Shown: positions 11,489 through 24,886 of the stretch, piece by piece
Position numbering within the stretch: position 1 is the stretch's first letter
Layout of the letters: each line of letters starts with the position of its first letter
From: Octopus sinensis
Lineage: Eukaryota
Reading direction: 5' to 3'
DNA: 64,000 nt
NCBI RefSeq assembly: GCF_006345805.1
Contig: NC_043000.1
Location: 155,992,001-156,056,000 of the forward strand
The notes under the pieces: generated by a model
What the model was told of the DNA's origin: nothing
What the model saw: the letters and a program-made list of their open reading frames with translations, nothing else
Database searches by the model: none
Position numbers and translations under genes: made by a program

Positions 11489-13783
11489 ACCTGCCAACAA
11501 GCTTTCAAATTTGGTTGAGCCCCAGGCTAAAGTAGAAGCCTTATACCCATGGTATAGTGCAGTGGGGTAAAACTTGAAATGATGTAGTGGCAAAATCAAC
11601 TTCTAAACCATGAAGCTACATCTTATAGTAGCAGCAAAAATGGAGGGGGATATACAGTGATAATGGTCTGACAGTAGAAGTTTTGTATTGATGGTTGATG
11701 TTAGTTAATAGATAGAGAATGTTTATGTTTGAAGGAGACACATACTCCCCAATGGAGAAAAGTACTTCTATGGCAAGGAATTTTAGTTAACTATTAATTA
11801 CTTACAAGTGCAATATTTCTTCGCTCCATAAGACAATCTGCTTCTCTTGATGCAGTTTATTTTCCTAAAAAGAACAGATTCCCCAGGAAAGTTTATGGTA
11901 AAAGGTGAGGTGTAAGATATGTAAACAAAAGATATTTACTAAATTGGAGGTTGTGATGCAGTTTTCTTCCTTGGAGGAAAAAGTGAGAAAGAGAGTGATG
12001 AGATATAACTAATTGGGTTGATTATCTTATGAAGATAGTATTGAATGGGAAAATCGGGTTTAAAGACATGAAGAAATAGAGAAGAATTTGTAAATGTGTG
12101 CAGTAGTGATTAATGGAGTGGAATTGGTTAGAAAGAGAGAACTGAGGAGAGACATTTTAGGGGAAATGTTGCAAGATGTGGATAGGGAATTAAGAGGGAG
12201 GATTTTGACATCAGTGGGGATGATATTTTCAGTACAAATATTTTGTGTTCAGGTATAATTCATAGGAAGGGAGTTTGGTTTGTATTTGTTATTGTAATTT
12301 TACAACAGACATGTTTTTTTGAATGCAAAGGTTAATTTCATCAACCATTTCGATTTATCATGATCACAGATATTGTTTTCATTTCAATAACTTTTCTTTA
12401 ATTACAAGCTACATAACAGAACTCCATGTAAAATGCACCAAAGAATCAATAACTGAAAAAAAATTAAAAATTATTTAAGATTAGAGTCTCTTCTTTAGAA
12501 TCAACTATTTTACATCTGAGAACTATTTTAACAGCTTCTAAAAAAGTTAAATAGTTATCTCAAGATTAAGATTTTTAAATCAATAGTTATGATTATCTTG
12601 CAGTTTATTACAATTAAAGGTCTGTTATCTTCTGGTCATAGTCAATGGCTTAGACAGGATATCAAAAACAAAAAATGTAATACCAACATCATAACTTTCC
12701 TTTATAGTAAATTTTTTAATTCCAAGGACACTGTGTTTGGAACTTCTAGTTTACGTGAGAACGGGACATTTAATTAACCTGGTCTAGAGTCAGGCTATTA
12801 AAACTTCTATACTTCTTTTTTTTTATACAAGCAATATATCCTAAATCAGGCAGAAGAATTTAACAGTTTTACTATGTTTAACCATTCCTTCAGGTCATCC
12901 ACAGACTTTTCTCTATCTTAAGTAACTACATTGCTCATCTCTTCATATTGATTGCACATAGAGGAGAATCTTCTCCCTATATGTGGCTACTATGTAAAAT
13001 AAATGGGAAAGTACTGTAAACAACACCAGGAACCAAAGTTTCTGATTTTTAACAAAATAAATATTAGATATGTGAAAAAAACTAAATAAGTTAAATTTGT
13101 ATTCAAAATAATGCATTTGACTATTTTTAAAAATTTTGTTTCTCTCTGGTATCAGTTTGTAATATTTGGAAACAGTATTCCACGCATCTTCATAATTTCC
13201 TAGAATTTCATTCTTTGACCTCACAAACTTTTTGTGGAATGATAATGTCATAAAAAGTAAAAAAAAAAACAATTGTCCATCGAACGCAAAATATGACATT
13301 TACAGACTAATCAAGGAACAGCTGGAAGCAACAATTTCTTTGATTAACATAAGTAAGGGTTTATTCAGGATAGAATCAACTGACTTGATACCAATCCAGT
13401 GTTGGTTTCTATTTCCTCAAAGACTCAAACGATGAAAGTCAAAGTTGGGTTTGGTGGGATTTGAACGCAAAAATAGTGAAACCATAAAATAAATAATTCA
13501 GTTATTTTGTTAGCGTTAACACAACCTTCTTAATTTCTTAAATAATAATAACAAAATAGACAGATTATACCAACACTGTTCAAGTGCCAACCAGCTAAGT
13601 ACCATAGCTGTTACTAAGAATCTATCATTGATACATGGTTCTGTTGATCAATAAATAAGTATTTCAGGGCTGGATCAATAAACAACTGTCTTTTGAGAGT
13701 ACAAAGATAATATGGATGGCATCAATGAATTTTAAAAATTTCTTGGAACAGCTAAATTCAAGGTGGTTCCATAGTGTTACATA

Positions 13784-13930
13784 TCAAACGGTACAGTTAT
13801 ATGTTCGAGATAAACCAACTCCTTGAATGTAGAGGTTACCACAGAGACAGAGAAGAATGATTGAGAAAGTATTGAAGTATATCATATTCCGAAACACAGG
13901 TTCCAAATTGCCTTCTCTATACCAGATTAT
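13784..13930 (-). CDS. TMEM243: TMEM243 last coding exon (IIWYREGNLEPVFRNMIYFNTFSIILLCLCGNLYIQGVGLSRTYNCTV*)
   Basis: Acceptor TTTCCATTTCAG at 13931; WYRxGxLEPxFRxxIY...FSIIxLCxCxNLY signature; TGA stop at 13784. Confidence 0.9.
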   Translation of the reverse strand: MIWYREGNLEPVFRNMIYFNTFSIILLCLCGNLYIQGVGLSRTYNCTV

Positions 13931-14119
13931 CTGAAATGGAAATTTAACAGTATATGATTTTGGAAAGTGAAAATAAGAACGAACAACAGGCATGTGTATG
14001 TGTGTGCTTATATTTATATTTGAATTAAAATGTTCTTCATTATTTTTCCCCACTATCAAAGTTTATAGAGAGTTAAGTGACCTGGTCATGGATACACCAC
14101 TACACCAGTTTACTGTGAG

Positions 14120-14413
14120 CCGCCGGCACGGAAGCCACCGTCTCAACTGGCTTCCGTGCCGGTGGCACGTAAAATGCACCAATCCGATCGTGGCCGTTGC
14201 CAGCCTCGCCTGGCACCTGTGCAGGTGGCACGTAAAAAGCACCCACTACACTCATGGAGTGGTTGGCGTTAGGAAGGGCATCCAGCTGTAGAAACACTGC
14301 CAGATCAGACTGGAGCCTGGTGCAGCCTTCTGGCTTCCCAGATCCCCGGTCGAACCGTCCAACCCATGCTAGCATGGAGAACGGACGTTAAACAATGATG
14401 ATGATGATGATGA
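14120..14413 (+). mobile_element. RTE-A solo 3' tail
   Basis: Family match; (GAT)n tail. Confidence 0.85.
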
Positions 14414-14742
14414 CAGCAGGTAATCAAGTTATTGAATTATCCTCAGAGAGTGATCTGGTTTGAATGCTCACAACAGAGTTATTCTCAAGACATCCAAAGG
14501 TCCAAGTGATGGTGGTAAATAAAGGGATAGATTAAGACTTGCACTCATATTCTTTATTGCTTATTCAGGAGAAAGGAACAAAGCCTCTGACACTTAACTT
14601 TGTCTCTGAGATTGGTGGGAGGGATGGTAAAGTAAGGTAAAGTTACCTTCTTGAGTCATGGTGACTCATAAGAGTCAGTTTCCCAGTTTCCAAGGCATAT
14701 ATATTCCCTACCTAGTTGAGACATCAATCTGATGCAGGATTA

Positions 14743-15018
14743 CTCATTTTTGCCAGCTGAGTAGACTGGAGAAATGTGAAATGAAGTGCTTTGCTCAAGA
14801 ACACAACCTGTCGCCCAGTCCAGGAATTGAAACCGCAATCTTACAATCATGAATCCAACACTCTAACCACTAGTGGAACTCATTTCTACAACTGAGTGGA
14901 CTGGAGCAATGTGAAATGAAGTGTTTTGCTCGAGAACACAACGTGTTGCCTGGTCCAGGAATTGAAACCACAATCTTATGATCATGAGTCCAACACTCCT
15001 AACCACTAAGCCACATGC
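14743..15018 (-). mobile_element. Two tandem SINE-D 5' halves
   Basis: tRNA head and CORE-like region at 14743-14872 and 14879-15018. Confidence 0.65.
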
Positions 15019-15265
15019 CAAGGGAGAAGTGAAAGCAAAGATCTACTCTGAAAATCCACAACAGAGTCGACTCCAATTAAAATATCCAACAATCAGGTAG
15101 CAGTATTAAACTGGGCAGCAAATTAAGTCAGTTACCTAATAGGCCACAGTGGCATTTGAACCTAGGATCCACAGAGATGGAAAAAACCCTGCAAGGCAAC
15201 CCATTTGATGGCCTAATGATTCCACTAGTCCACCATCTTAGGCTGGTATTTTATTTATCAACTAA

Positions 15266-15496
15266 GGCGGCGAGCTGGCAGAATCGCTAGCACACCGGGC
15301 GAAATGCGTAGCCGTATTTCGTCTGCCATTACGTTCTGGGTTCAAATTCCACCAAGGTCAACTTTGCCTTTCATCCTTTCGGGGTCAATAAATTAAGTAC
15401 CAGTTATGCACTGGGGTCAATATAATCAACTTAATCCGTTCGTCTGTCCTTGTTTGTCCCCTCTATGTTTAGCCCCTTGTGGGTAGTAACGAAATA
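15266..15496 (+). mobile_element. SINE-A
   Basis: Family match; TSD TATTTTTATTTATCAACT. Confidence 0.85.
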
Positions 15497-15605
15497 TATT
15501 TTATTTATCAACTCTTGAAAAATATTAAGGATGAAGCTGACCTCAGTTGGATTTCAATTCAGAATACAAGGGGCCAGAATAAATATTCAATGTAGGAGGG
15601 GCTGA

Positions 15606-15964
15606 GTGGTAAGTAGCTTCTTTACGAACCACATAGTTCCGGGTTCAGTCCCACTGCCTGGCACCTTGGGCAAGTGTCTTCTACTATACCCTTGGGCCAA
15701 CCAAAGCCTTGTGAGTGCATTTGGTAGGCAGAAACTGAAAGAAGCCCATCGTATATATCTATATATATGTGTATGTGTTTGTCCGCCAACATCGCTTCAC
15801 AACCGATGCTGGTGTGTTTACGTCCCCGTAACTTAGCGGTTCAGCAAAAGAGACCAATAGAATAAGTACTGGGCTTACAAAGAATAAGTTCTGGGGTCGA
15901 TTTATTCAACTAAAGGTAGTGCTCCAACATGGCCACACTCAAATGACTGAAACAAGTAAAAGAG
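15606..15964 (+). mobile_element. SINE-B
   Basis: Family match. Confidence 0.85.
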
Positions 15965-16153
15965 TAATGTTCTAATGACTGCCAAATTGCCAAAGAAAAT
16001 ATTTCTTTAAATTTCCCCCAACCACTAGAGTTATATCATTTATTTCTCCATCTTGCACTGAATGAAATGGATTTTAAATTATTTTATATCTATATTTTGG
16101 AATTACTCTTACAGCTGGATGTCATCCTTACTACAAGTAACAAAACAAAAGTG

Positions 16154-16578
16154 ATTACGGATCTTAACGGTTTGAATGGCAGTTTTTAACATAATTTCTA
16201 GGTAACTAAAAAATTTTAAACTTCGTATACTGGTAGAATGTGTTTATAAAACATCATTTTCTCTTGGCTTTATTGAGAAAATTCTATAGCTTTTAAGATA
16301 TTTGTTGTTTTTTTCTTCAATTTCTACAATTTCAACCAATCAAATACGTCTATTGAGGTGAAAACATTCTGTGCCGTATGAATATGTCCCTAGTTTAAGA
16401 AACAGATTGGGTTTATTTAAATTTCTGAAGAAAAACAGATACCCTTCCCCCTACCCCTAACCCTAACCCTAAAACAGATTAAAATGCAATAGATTGATAC
16501 TAGGGTCATAATTATAGGTGACAATTTCATATGATACTGCTAGAAAAAACTGCCGTTCAAACCGAAAAGATCCGTGAT
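16154..16578. mobile_element. MITE with ~35 bp terminal inverted repeats and a short internal (TAACCC)n
   Basis: ATTACGGATCTTAACGGTTTGAATGGCAGTTTT versus AAAACTGCCGTTCAAACCGAAAAGATCCGTGAT. Confidence 0.65.
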
Positions 16579-16870
16579 TGCTGTTGTCAACCATACTGCA
16601 GTTAACAGAGTTATCTCTTCTTGACCAAGAGCAAAAGACAATGACCTGTGGTAAGACTTGAACTCAGGAATATGTAGTCACTACTCGAGTAACTTAATCC
16701 TAATTATGATAAAAAAAAAAAAATAAAGCTTTGGTTCCAAATCACATGCCTTATAAGGTATTGTCAGTAGAGATTTGTTTGGCTAGTCTATGAATAAACG
16801 GATAAAACCTTCAGTAAGATAATGAAAGAGAACAGAATTTGGAATTCCATGAAGCAGTTTATTTACTTAC

Positions 16871-16984
16871 AAGTGTTATATGGGATCCACAGACCATCAT
16901 AATGATAAAGGCAAAGAATATATTGACACCATCATGGTTATTTGGAGGCCAGCATGGAAAGAAAAATGCACAAATGAGAGTTTC
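16871..16984 (-). CDS. TMEM243: TMEM243 coding exon 3, 114 nt (ETLICAFFFPCWPPNNHDGVNIFFAFIIMMVCGSHITL)
   Basis: Poly-T acceptor ending TTACAG, donor CTT|GTAAGT; only phase 0 is open; TLIxAFxFPxxPP..NIFFA motif. Confidence 0.9.
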
Positions 16985-17102
16985 CTGTAAAAAAAAAAAA
17001 ATGAAAATAATTACCAGGTAAAAAAATAGATGAATGGTTCAAATCTTGTGAAGGGATGTTTTGTTTTTCTATCTTCAAACTTCACTTGTGTATGTGTGAA
17101 TG

Positions 17103-17221
<119 letters not shown>

Positions 17222-17222
17222 T

Positions 17223-17510
17223 GGAGGTGCAATGGCCCAGTGGTTAGGGTAGTGGACTCGTGGTCGTAGGATTGCGGTTTCGATTCCCAGACCGAGCATT
17301 GTGAGTGTTCATTGAGCGAAAACACCTAAAAGCTCCACGATGCTCCGGCAGGGGGTGGTGATCCCTGCTGTACTCTTTCTCTCACTCTTTCGTCTGTTGG
17401 CCTGCTCGCTTAGCCAGCGGGGTGGCGTCATTCGAAGGCTAAAACAATGCAAATGCATTGTGACCAGTGATGTGTAGCAACAGCTGATGGTCTGGTCGGT
17501 CATGTGATAT
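17223..17510 (+). mobile_element. SINE-C
   Basis: Family match. Confidence 0.85.
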
Positions 17511-18049
17511 ACATATATTAGTTCATGCAATTGTAAAAACAGCATTATTTATATTCTGACCCAATACATACAGGATGTGATGGGAGAATTGTCACCACTT
17601 TATACTTTTAATTTCATGCATGTGCATTGTTTGTTTTAGATTTTGTCAACTACACAGTATCGTAGGGTCAGTTGGGCACTGTCTGTGAGAAAAGCAGCAC
17701 CATGACACAATTCACCCTGCCAGAAATTTGGAAACAACATGCTGTACTGCTTGGCAGAAGGTTTCCTAGGGAATGGCAGTCCATTCTCCTAAGAACACAA
17801 AATGAGCAAGGCTATCAATGTGGGTCAGTGTGGTCGAGAGCAAAGTCAGCATTCCAAAACTTCCCAGGGACGTTTGATGGGATTTAAATCAGAACTCTGC
17901 ACAGGCCAGTCTATTAGTGGGATGTTATTGAGTCAAGCCATTCCCCTACAACCCATTCAGTATGGATGGGTGCTCAGTCAATGCTGAAAGACATAATGGT
18001 CATCCCCAAACTGGTCTTCGAGGGTAGGCAACATGAAAGTGGTTAAAGT

Positions 18050-18500
18050 GCAAGCTTGTGTTGTGATAGTACCACATAAAGGAAAAATGGGGCCCAGGAA
18101 AAACATGACTACACCATGACCCCACCACTGCAGAATTTCACAGAATTTCTTGATTCATCACTCCATACAACGGTTTTCCAATGTTCTATAGTTCAGTTTT
18201 GATGCTCTTTACACCACGCAAGGCGGTGTTGGGCATTTGTCCGTGTGATATGTAGCTTACAGGCAGCTGCCTTCCATGGACACCAAGTTTCCATACCTTG
18301 CACCAAACTGTCATGGTGCTTGGGGTAGATCCTGCTGCATTTTGGAATTCCAGTGTGATTGTAGTGAGGGGTGATAGATGATTATGCTGTATGACCCTCT
18401 TCAACACTGGATGGTCTCTAGGGGTTAATATAGAGGTCAGACCAAATGCTTTTGGATTGTACACATCCCTTCATGTTTCCACTTCTCTCTGACATTGGAA
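18050..18500 (-). mobile_element. Tc1-like transposase fragment (pseudogenised)
   Basis: LTPRDHPVLKRVIQHN..ITLEFQNAAG..STMTVW..LGVHGR, then WKTVVWSDESR (first D of the DDE triad) in another frame. Confidence 0.75.
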
Positions 18501-18629
18501 ACAGTGGAGCTAATGATGTTCAGGAGGGTGGAAATCTCATGTCTTATTAGACAAGTGACACCCAACCACCTGACCACATTTAAAGTTTGTTACTTCTGCA
18601 GAGTGTTCTATTCTGCTGCCTGGCACCAT

Positions 18630-21600
18630 CTGCTAGCTACGAATGACAGGGACTTTCTCTTTGTAGCTGGCAACTTCAGTGGGCATGTTGGACAACATGC
18701 AGGGGGCTTCCATAGTGTACATGGTGGAAATGGAGTTGGTTCCCACAATGAGGAGGGAACCAAAATGCTGGAGTTCTGTGATGCAAATGATCTTATGGTT
18801 TATAATACTAACTTCAGAAAACATGTCAGTCACCAATTCATCTACAGTCTAGTGGACACCCTACTCAGATTAACTATATCCTTACCAGGAAATGGGAAAG
18901 ATGGCAACTTATAAATGCCAGAACCTTCCCAAGTTAAGAAGGCACCCCCACAACATAAGTTAGTAGTTAGTGACTTCAGGATCTGGGCTAAATGGATGTC
19001 CAGAAATGACTGGCATGGAAAAGAAGGTCCTAGAAGCTTAAGGATTCTGTGAATAGACAGAGATATAGAGACATATTACTTGAAGCTTTTGACAAAATAG
19101 AGGAGGATAGCATCACATAATGTGGAAGACAACTGGAGGTTCCTACAGGACAATCTGTTGAGGGCTACTGACAAGATCTGTGGATGGTGCAAAGTCCCCT
19201 CTCGACCTAAGGTAATGTGGTGGTGGAAAAATGTAGTTGACAGGGCTATTAGGGAAAAGAAACATGCATGGAAGGACTGGGAGAATGGAGGTAGCAGGGA
19301 ATTGTATCAGATTGCCAGAAGGGAAGCGAGGAGACAGGTTTATTTAGCCAGAAGGGAAGCAGATAAGAAAAAATTTGTCAATGTTCTGTGTTGTGAGAAC
19401 AAAAGACTTGAAGTGCTTTGTATTGCAAGACAGTGTGTGAGAAAGAATTGTGATGTCATAGGAGAGAAATGTGTCCGCATGGATGATGGATCACTTGCAT
19501 TTAATGAGGCTGCAAGGAGAGAGACTTGGAGATGCCACCATGAAAGGTTGCTAAATGAAGGGATTGAATGGGAGAAAGAGAGTCTGCCAAATGTCGACCC
19601 AGCTATTCGAATTGACAGTACCTTGGTAGATAAAGCAATTAAGGGTATGAAGACAGCGAAAGCCCAGCCCATCAGGAATCACCACAGAGATGTTTAAAAT
19701 AACTGGCAGTGTCAGCTATAGTCTAGTTACCTGTATAGTCAATCAGGTGATATATGAAGGAGTCATACCCAATGACTGGTGTAGCAGCAACAGAGTCAAC
19801 TGCTCCAAAGGTAAAGGTGACACATTAGATATGAATAATTACAGAGGTATGAAGTTGTTGGATCAGATAATGAAAGTCACAGAGAGTGTCATAGCCCAAC
19901 TAATTAGGGAGAGAGTTAGTTTAGACAAGATGCAGTTTAGGTTTGTGCCAAGGAGAAGCACCACTGATGCTATACTTCTGGTAAGACAGCAGGAGAAATA
20001 GCTAGCCAAAAATAAACATCTGTACTTGGCTTTTGTTGACATGGAGAAAGCCTTTGACAAGGTCCCCGGATCCCTTATGTGGTGGTCAATACAGAAACTG
20101 GGGATAGATGAGTGGTTAGTGAGAGCTGTACAAGTCATGTACAGGGATGCTGTCAGTAAGGTGTGAGTTGGCAATGAGTATAGTGAAGAATTCAGGGTAG
20201 AGGTAGGGGTCCACTGAGGATCAGTCCTCAGCCCCCTCTAATTCATCATAGTCCTCCAGGCAATAACAGAGGAATTCAAGACAGGATGCTCCTGGGAGAT
20301 TCTCTATGCTGATGACCTTGTTCTAATAGCTGAGTCACTATCAGAATTACAGAAGTTTCAGGTGTGGAAGCAAGGATTAAAATCAAAGGGCCTTAGAGTC
20401 AATCTAGCAAAAACCAAAGTCTTAGTAAGTAGGAAGGCAGACAAATCACAAATCCCTTCAGGAAGATGGCCCTGCCCAATTTGTAGAAAAGGCGTAGAAG
20501 AAACTCCATAAGATGTACCTGGTGTAATCTATGGACACATAAGAGGTACAGCAATATCAAAGGAAGGTTAACTGGGAAGACAGGTTTTGTGTGTGGCAAA
20601 TGCACAGGGTCAATAAACACCGAAGATGTATAGAAAACAGATTCTATCACATACCAGGGGTAAAAACTAGAAGTAGTTGATAGCTTCCATTACCTAGGTA
20701 CCAAGTCATTGCGGGGGAGGGGGGGGCGAATACTCTGAGAGCGTAGCTCCTAGAATAAGAATAACCTGAGCAAAGTTCAGAGAGCTCCTACCTCTGCTGG
20801 CAACAAAGGGCATCACGCTCAGGGTGAAAGGTAGACTGTATGATGCATGTGTGTGAACAGCCATGCTACACGGCAGTGAAACATGGGCTGTGACTGCTGA
20901 GGACATGCATAAGCTTGCAAGAAATGAAGCTAGTATGCTCCACTGAATGTGTAATGTCAGTGTGCATACACGAGAGAGTGTAAGTGTCCTAAGAGAAAAG
21001 TTGGACATAAGAAGCATGTAGTGTGCAAGAGAGATGACTGTGCTGGTATCTCTTTTACTCTTTTACTTGTTTCAGTCATTTGACTGCGGCCATGCTGGAG
21101 CACAGCCTTTAATTGAGCAACTCGACCCCAGGACTTATTCTTTTGTAAGCCCAGTACTTATTCTATTGGTCTCTTTTGCCGAACCGCTAAGTAACGGGGA
21201 TGTAAACACACCAGCATCGGTTGTCAAGCAATGCTAGGGGGACAAACACAGACACACAAACACACACACGCATATATATATATATATATACATATATACA
21301 ACAGGCTTCTTTCAGTTTCCGTCTACCAAATCCACTCACAAGGCTTTGGTCGGCCCGAGGCTATAGTAGAAGACACTTGCCCAAGGTGCCACGCAGTGGG
21401 ACTGAACCTGGAACCATGTGGTTGGTAAACAAGCTACTTACCACACAGCCACTCCTGGTCATGTGTTGCATATGGACAAGGACAGCAGTGTGAAAAAGTG
21501 TCACAACCTGACAGTGGAGAGAACCTGTAGAAGAGGTAGACCCAGGAGGACCTGGGATGAGGTGGTGAAGCACGGACCTTCTAATGTTGGGCCTAATGGA

Positions 21601-22190
21601 GGCAATGACGAGTGACTGAGACCTTTGAAGATATGCTGTGCTTGAGAAGACCTGGCAAGCCAAGTGAGACCATCACTATGGCCTATGCCCGTGTAGTATA
21701 ACTGGCCCATTTAAGAGTACCCTTCAATCATTGGACAACTGTGCTTGAGAAGACCTGTTGAGTCAAGTGAAATCATAGTTGTGGCTGATGCCAGTACCAT
21801 CTGACTGGCACCAGTGCTGGTGGCACATAAAAAGCACCATTTGAGTATGGTCAATGCCAATGCCACCTGACTGGCTCCTGTGCTGGTGGCATGTAAAAGG
21901 CACCATTCGAAGCATGGTTGTTGCCAGTGCCGCCTGACTGGCTCCCGTGCCGGTGGCACATAAAAGGCACCATTCAAGAGTGGCCATTGCCAGTACCACC
22001 TGACTGACCCTCGTGCTAGTGGCATGTAAAAAGCACCTGCTACACTCTCAGAGTTGTTGGCATTAGGAAGGGCATCCAGCTGTAGATTAAATTGGAGCCT
22101 GGTGCAGCCTTCTGGCCTACCATTCTGCAGTCAAATCGTTCAACCCATGCCAGCATGGAAAGCGGATGTTAAAAGATGATGATGATGATA
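18630..22190 (+). mobile_element. RTE-clade LINE (RTE-A), 5'-truncated and frameshifted: APE endonuclease end, RT, PHD finger, 3' UTR repeats, (GAT)n
   Basis: GNFSGHVG..NEEG..LEFC (endonuclease); WWW; NYRGMKLL, AFVDMEKAFD and YADD at 20305 (RT); GSETW. Confidence 0.9.
21049..21456 (-). mobile_element. SINE-B inserted in the RTE-A LINE
   Basis: Interrupts the LINE C-terminal coding region. Confidence 0.9.
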
Positions 22191-23361
22191 TATATATATA
22201 TATATAGTAATATAATAAATAAATAAAATATATGCATATATACATACATATATGTACATACTTACATCTACATGTATATATACATGCATATATATATATA
22301 TATATATGAGTACAGGACACCACAAATAAACGTAGAACACGAGAGACGAGAACATAAAATCAAACAAGGAAACGGACTTTTTTTAAACAACGAAAAAACA
22401 GAGTACAGGACAAACAATACAAGGAAAATTCCCCTTCATCAGCTGCCCTGGTTCGACTCAAAGTGTGAGAGAGAGAGAGAGAGAGAAGAGAGTGAGAGGG
22501 AGAGAGTGAGAAAGAGAGTTGAAGAGAGTATATTTAATATTTCAATGCTAGGTAGCGAGCAATGTATGAAAAAAAACCCCCACAAAGCCAATCTAATAAC
22601 CTACTTTCAATTCACAACAATTAGACATTTGCTAATTATATTCCCGAATCACTTAAGAAAGTGGTTAGTTGTTTGGCAAGTTCATTGGTAACCTTATATT
22701 TGACTTGCAATAGGAAGCATGTCAACAATGTGAGCAGTTAATCGTAAGTACTGCTGTGTACGTTAGTGCACAGCTGATAAAAATAATTCATTTCAAACAT
22801 TGGTAAAAGCTAGCTTGGAAGACAAGAGAAAATTAACATTGGATAATGTAGTCCTAGAAACACGATGCCATGGGAAAATAAAGACAGGATGTTTCTGATC
22901 AAAAGTTTGGCCAATTAGAGACAACTTGGAATTAACTCTTTCGTGTTCATATTACCCTGTCAAATGCAGTGGCAGCACTGTTTAACATCTGCTTTCCATG
23001 TCGGCATGGGTTGGACGGTTTGACAGGAGCTGGCCAGGGAGAAGACTACACCAGGCTTCTGTGTCTTATTAATTCACATTATTTTGAAATAATCATGCAT
23101 TATCTTGTAGCTTTGAGATTTTGACAATATGATAGCTTATTCTTAGAATGACATTGTAGGGTAGATGTGACGAGCTAGGACTGGCTAGTTTGAAAATGAA
23201 ACAGGTTGGATATTTCGGCTGGATATGGCCTGGTTAAATGCTGAAGGGTTAAAGAATAATCTATTTACACTTAAGTAGACTGAAACATTTTGCATGGGTA
23301 TACAGCAGCATGTCTGTAAAAATGCATGATATTTTCATTATTTACTCATCAAAGTAGGATA

Positions 23362-23667
23362 TCTTTATATATAAAACTGAAGTTGCGTGTGTGAGTGTCT
23401 GTCTACTCCGATTTAGATTCCTAACTACTCCCACATTTTGCGGTGCAGTTTAACCAAATGCGGGTATCTTATAGTCGTGATTCATATCGAGCCCTTCTGG
23501 ATATTAGCGCGCGTCTACGATGAGTCTATGATTTAAAAAATATTTACCATCATTTTTCCGCATTTTTAATGCATCTTTTCCTAGGTTTATATAAGGTAAG
23601 TAACTCTAAAAATGCTTATATAGTTATTTCCCTTACAAACCCGAGCAACGCCGGGCGATATTGCTAG
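23362..23667 (+). mobile_element. Non-autonomous Helitron
   Basis: A|TC start; CCCGAGCAACGCCGGG hairpin; CTAG|T end; no TSD. Confidence 0.75.
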
Positions 23668-23983
23668 TATAAAACTAAGGGCATATATTCCGGGTGTGCT
23701 AGGTGTGTGCCACACACCCAACGAAAAAGGAAAATTCATTATAAATATTAACCTTACTTATTAATTCAATCACAAATCTTAAAGGAAAACTTCTGTTATA
23801 CTCCTGCTTGAAATTTGGTGGCACTGTATGTGGCTGTACACCAACTACATCAACCACCATATGCCACTGTATAAAACTGTCTCAGTGATAGTACTAAGCT
23901 CTTTGGTTATTTAGTCACTATGTTAGGATATGAGAATACAAGACTGATTATATAGTCATCAGGTATGGGTATACAGGACTAAA

Positions 23984-24214
23984 GGCGGTGAGCTGGCAGA
24001 AACGTTAACACGCCAGGCGAAATGCGAAGCCGCATTTCGTCTGCCGTTGCGTTCTAAGTTCAAATTCCGCAGAGGTCGACTTTGCCTTTCATCCTTTTGG
24101 GGTCGATAAATTAAGTACCAGTTACGCACTGGGGTCAATGTAATCGAATTAATCAATTTGTCGGTCCTTGTTTGTCCTCTCTGTGTTTAGCCCCTTGTGG
24201 GTAGTAAAGAAATA
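23984..24214 (+). mobile_element. SINE-A
   Basis: Family match; 20 bp TSD GGTA(T/C)GGGTATACAGGACTA. Confidence 0.9.
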
Positions 24215-24463
24215 GGTACGGGTATACAGGACTACATATTAAGAATAAATAACAATGGAATTCTATGATAAAAGACAGATTTCAGTATTCAATATTATTC
24301 ATTGATCAGGCTAGAGCATTTACTATCTTGAAAGTGAGAGTGCAAGAGTCTTTGGCTATTCAGTCATAAGAAATAAAAAGGCCACATCTGATTAGCAACA
24401 ATAAGAATTATAAATGGAAAAGTCCGACATAAATGCGCTTGCGCAGTGAATATGAAAATTCAC

Positions 24464-24886
24464 CAGGAGTGGCTGTGTGGTAAGTAGCTTGTCTACCAAC
24501 CACATGGTTCCGGGTTCAGTCCCACTGCGTGGCACCTTGGGCAAGTGTCTTCTACTATAGCCTCGGGCCGACCAAAGCCTTGTGAGTGGATTTGGTAGAC
24601 GGAAACTGAAAGAAGCCCGTCGTATATATGTATATATATATATATATATGTGTGTGTATGTATGTGTGTGTGTTTGTGTGTCGGTGTTTGTCCCCCTAGC
24701 ATTGCTTGACAACCGATGCTGGTGTGTTTATGTCCCCGTTACTTAGCGGTTCGGCAAAAGAGACCGATAGAATAAGTACTGGGCTTACAAAAAAAGAATA
24801 AGTCCCGGGGTCGAGTTGCTCGATGAAAGGCGGTGCTCCAGCATGGCCGCAGTCAAATGACTGAAACAAGTAAAAGAGTAGAAGAG
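24464..24886 (+). mobile_element. SINE-B
   Basis: Family match. Confidence 0.9.

Noticed and set aside
16449-16472. Telomere or chromosome-fusion scar
   Set aside because: Only 3-4 units, inside a TIR-bounded element.
22308-22460. Hammerhead in a (TA)n-tailed minus-strand repeat containing CTGATGAAGGGG
   Set aside because: There is no GAAA after a closable stem II. Probably a different dispersed repeat.
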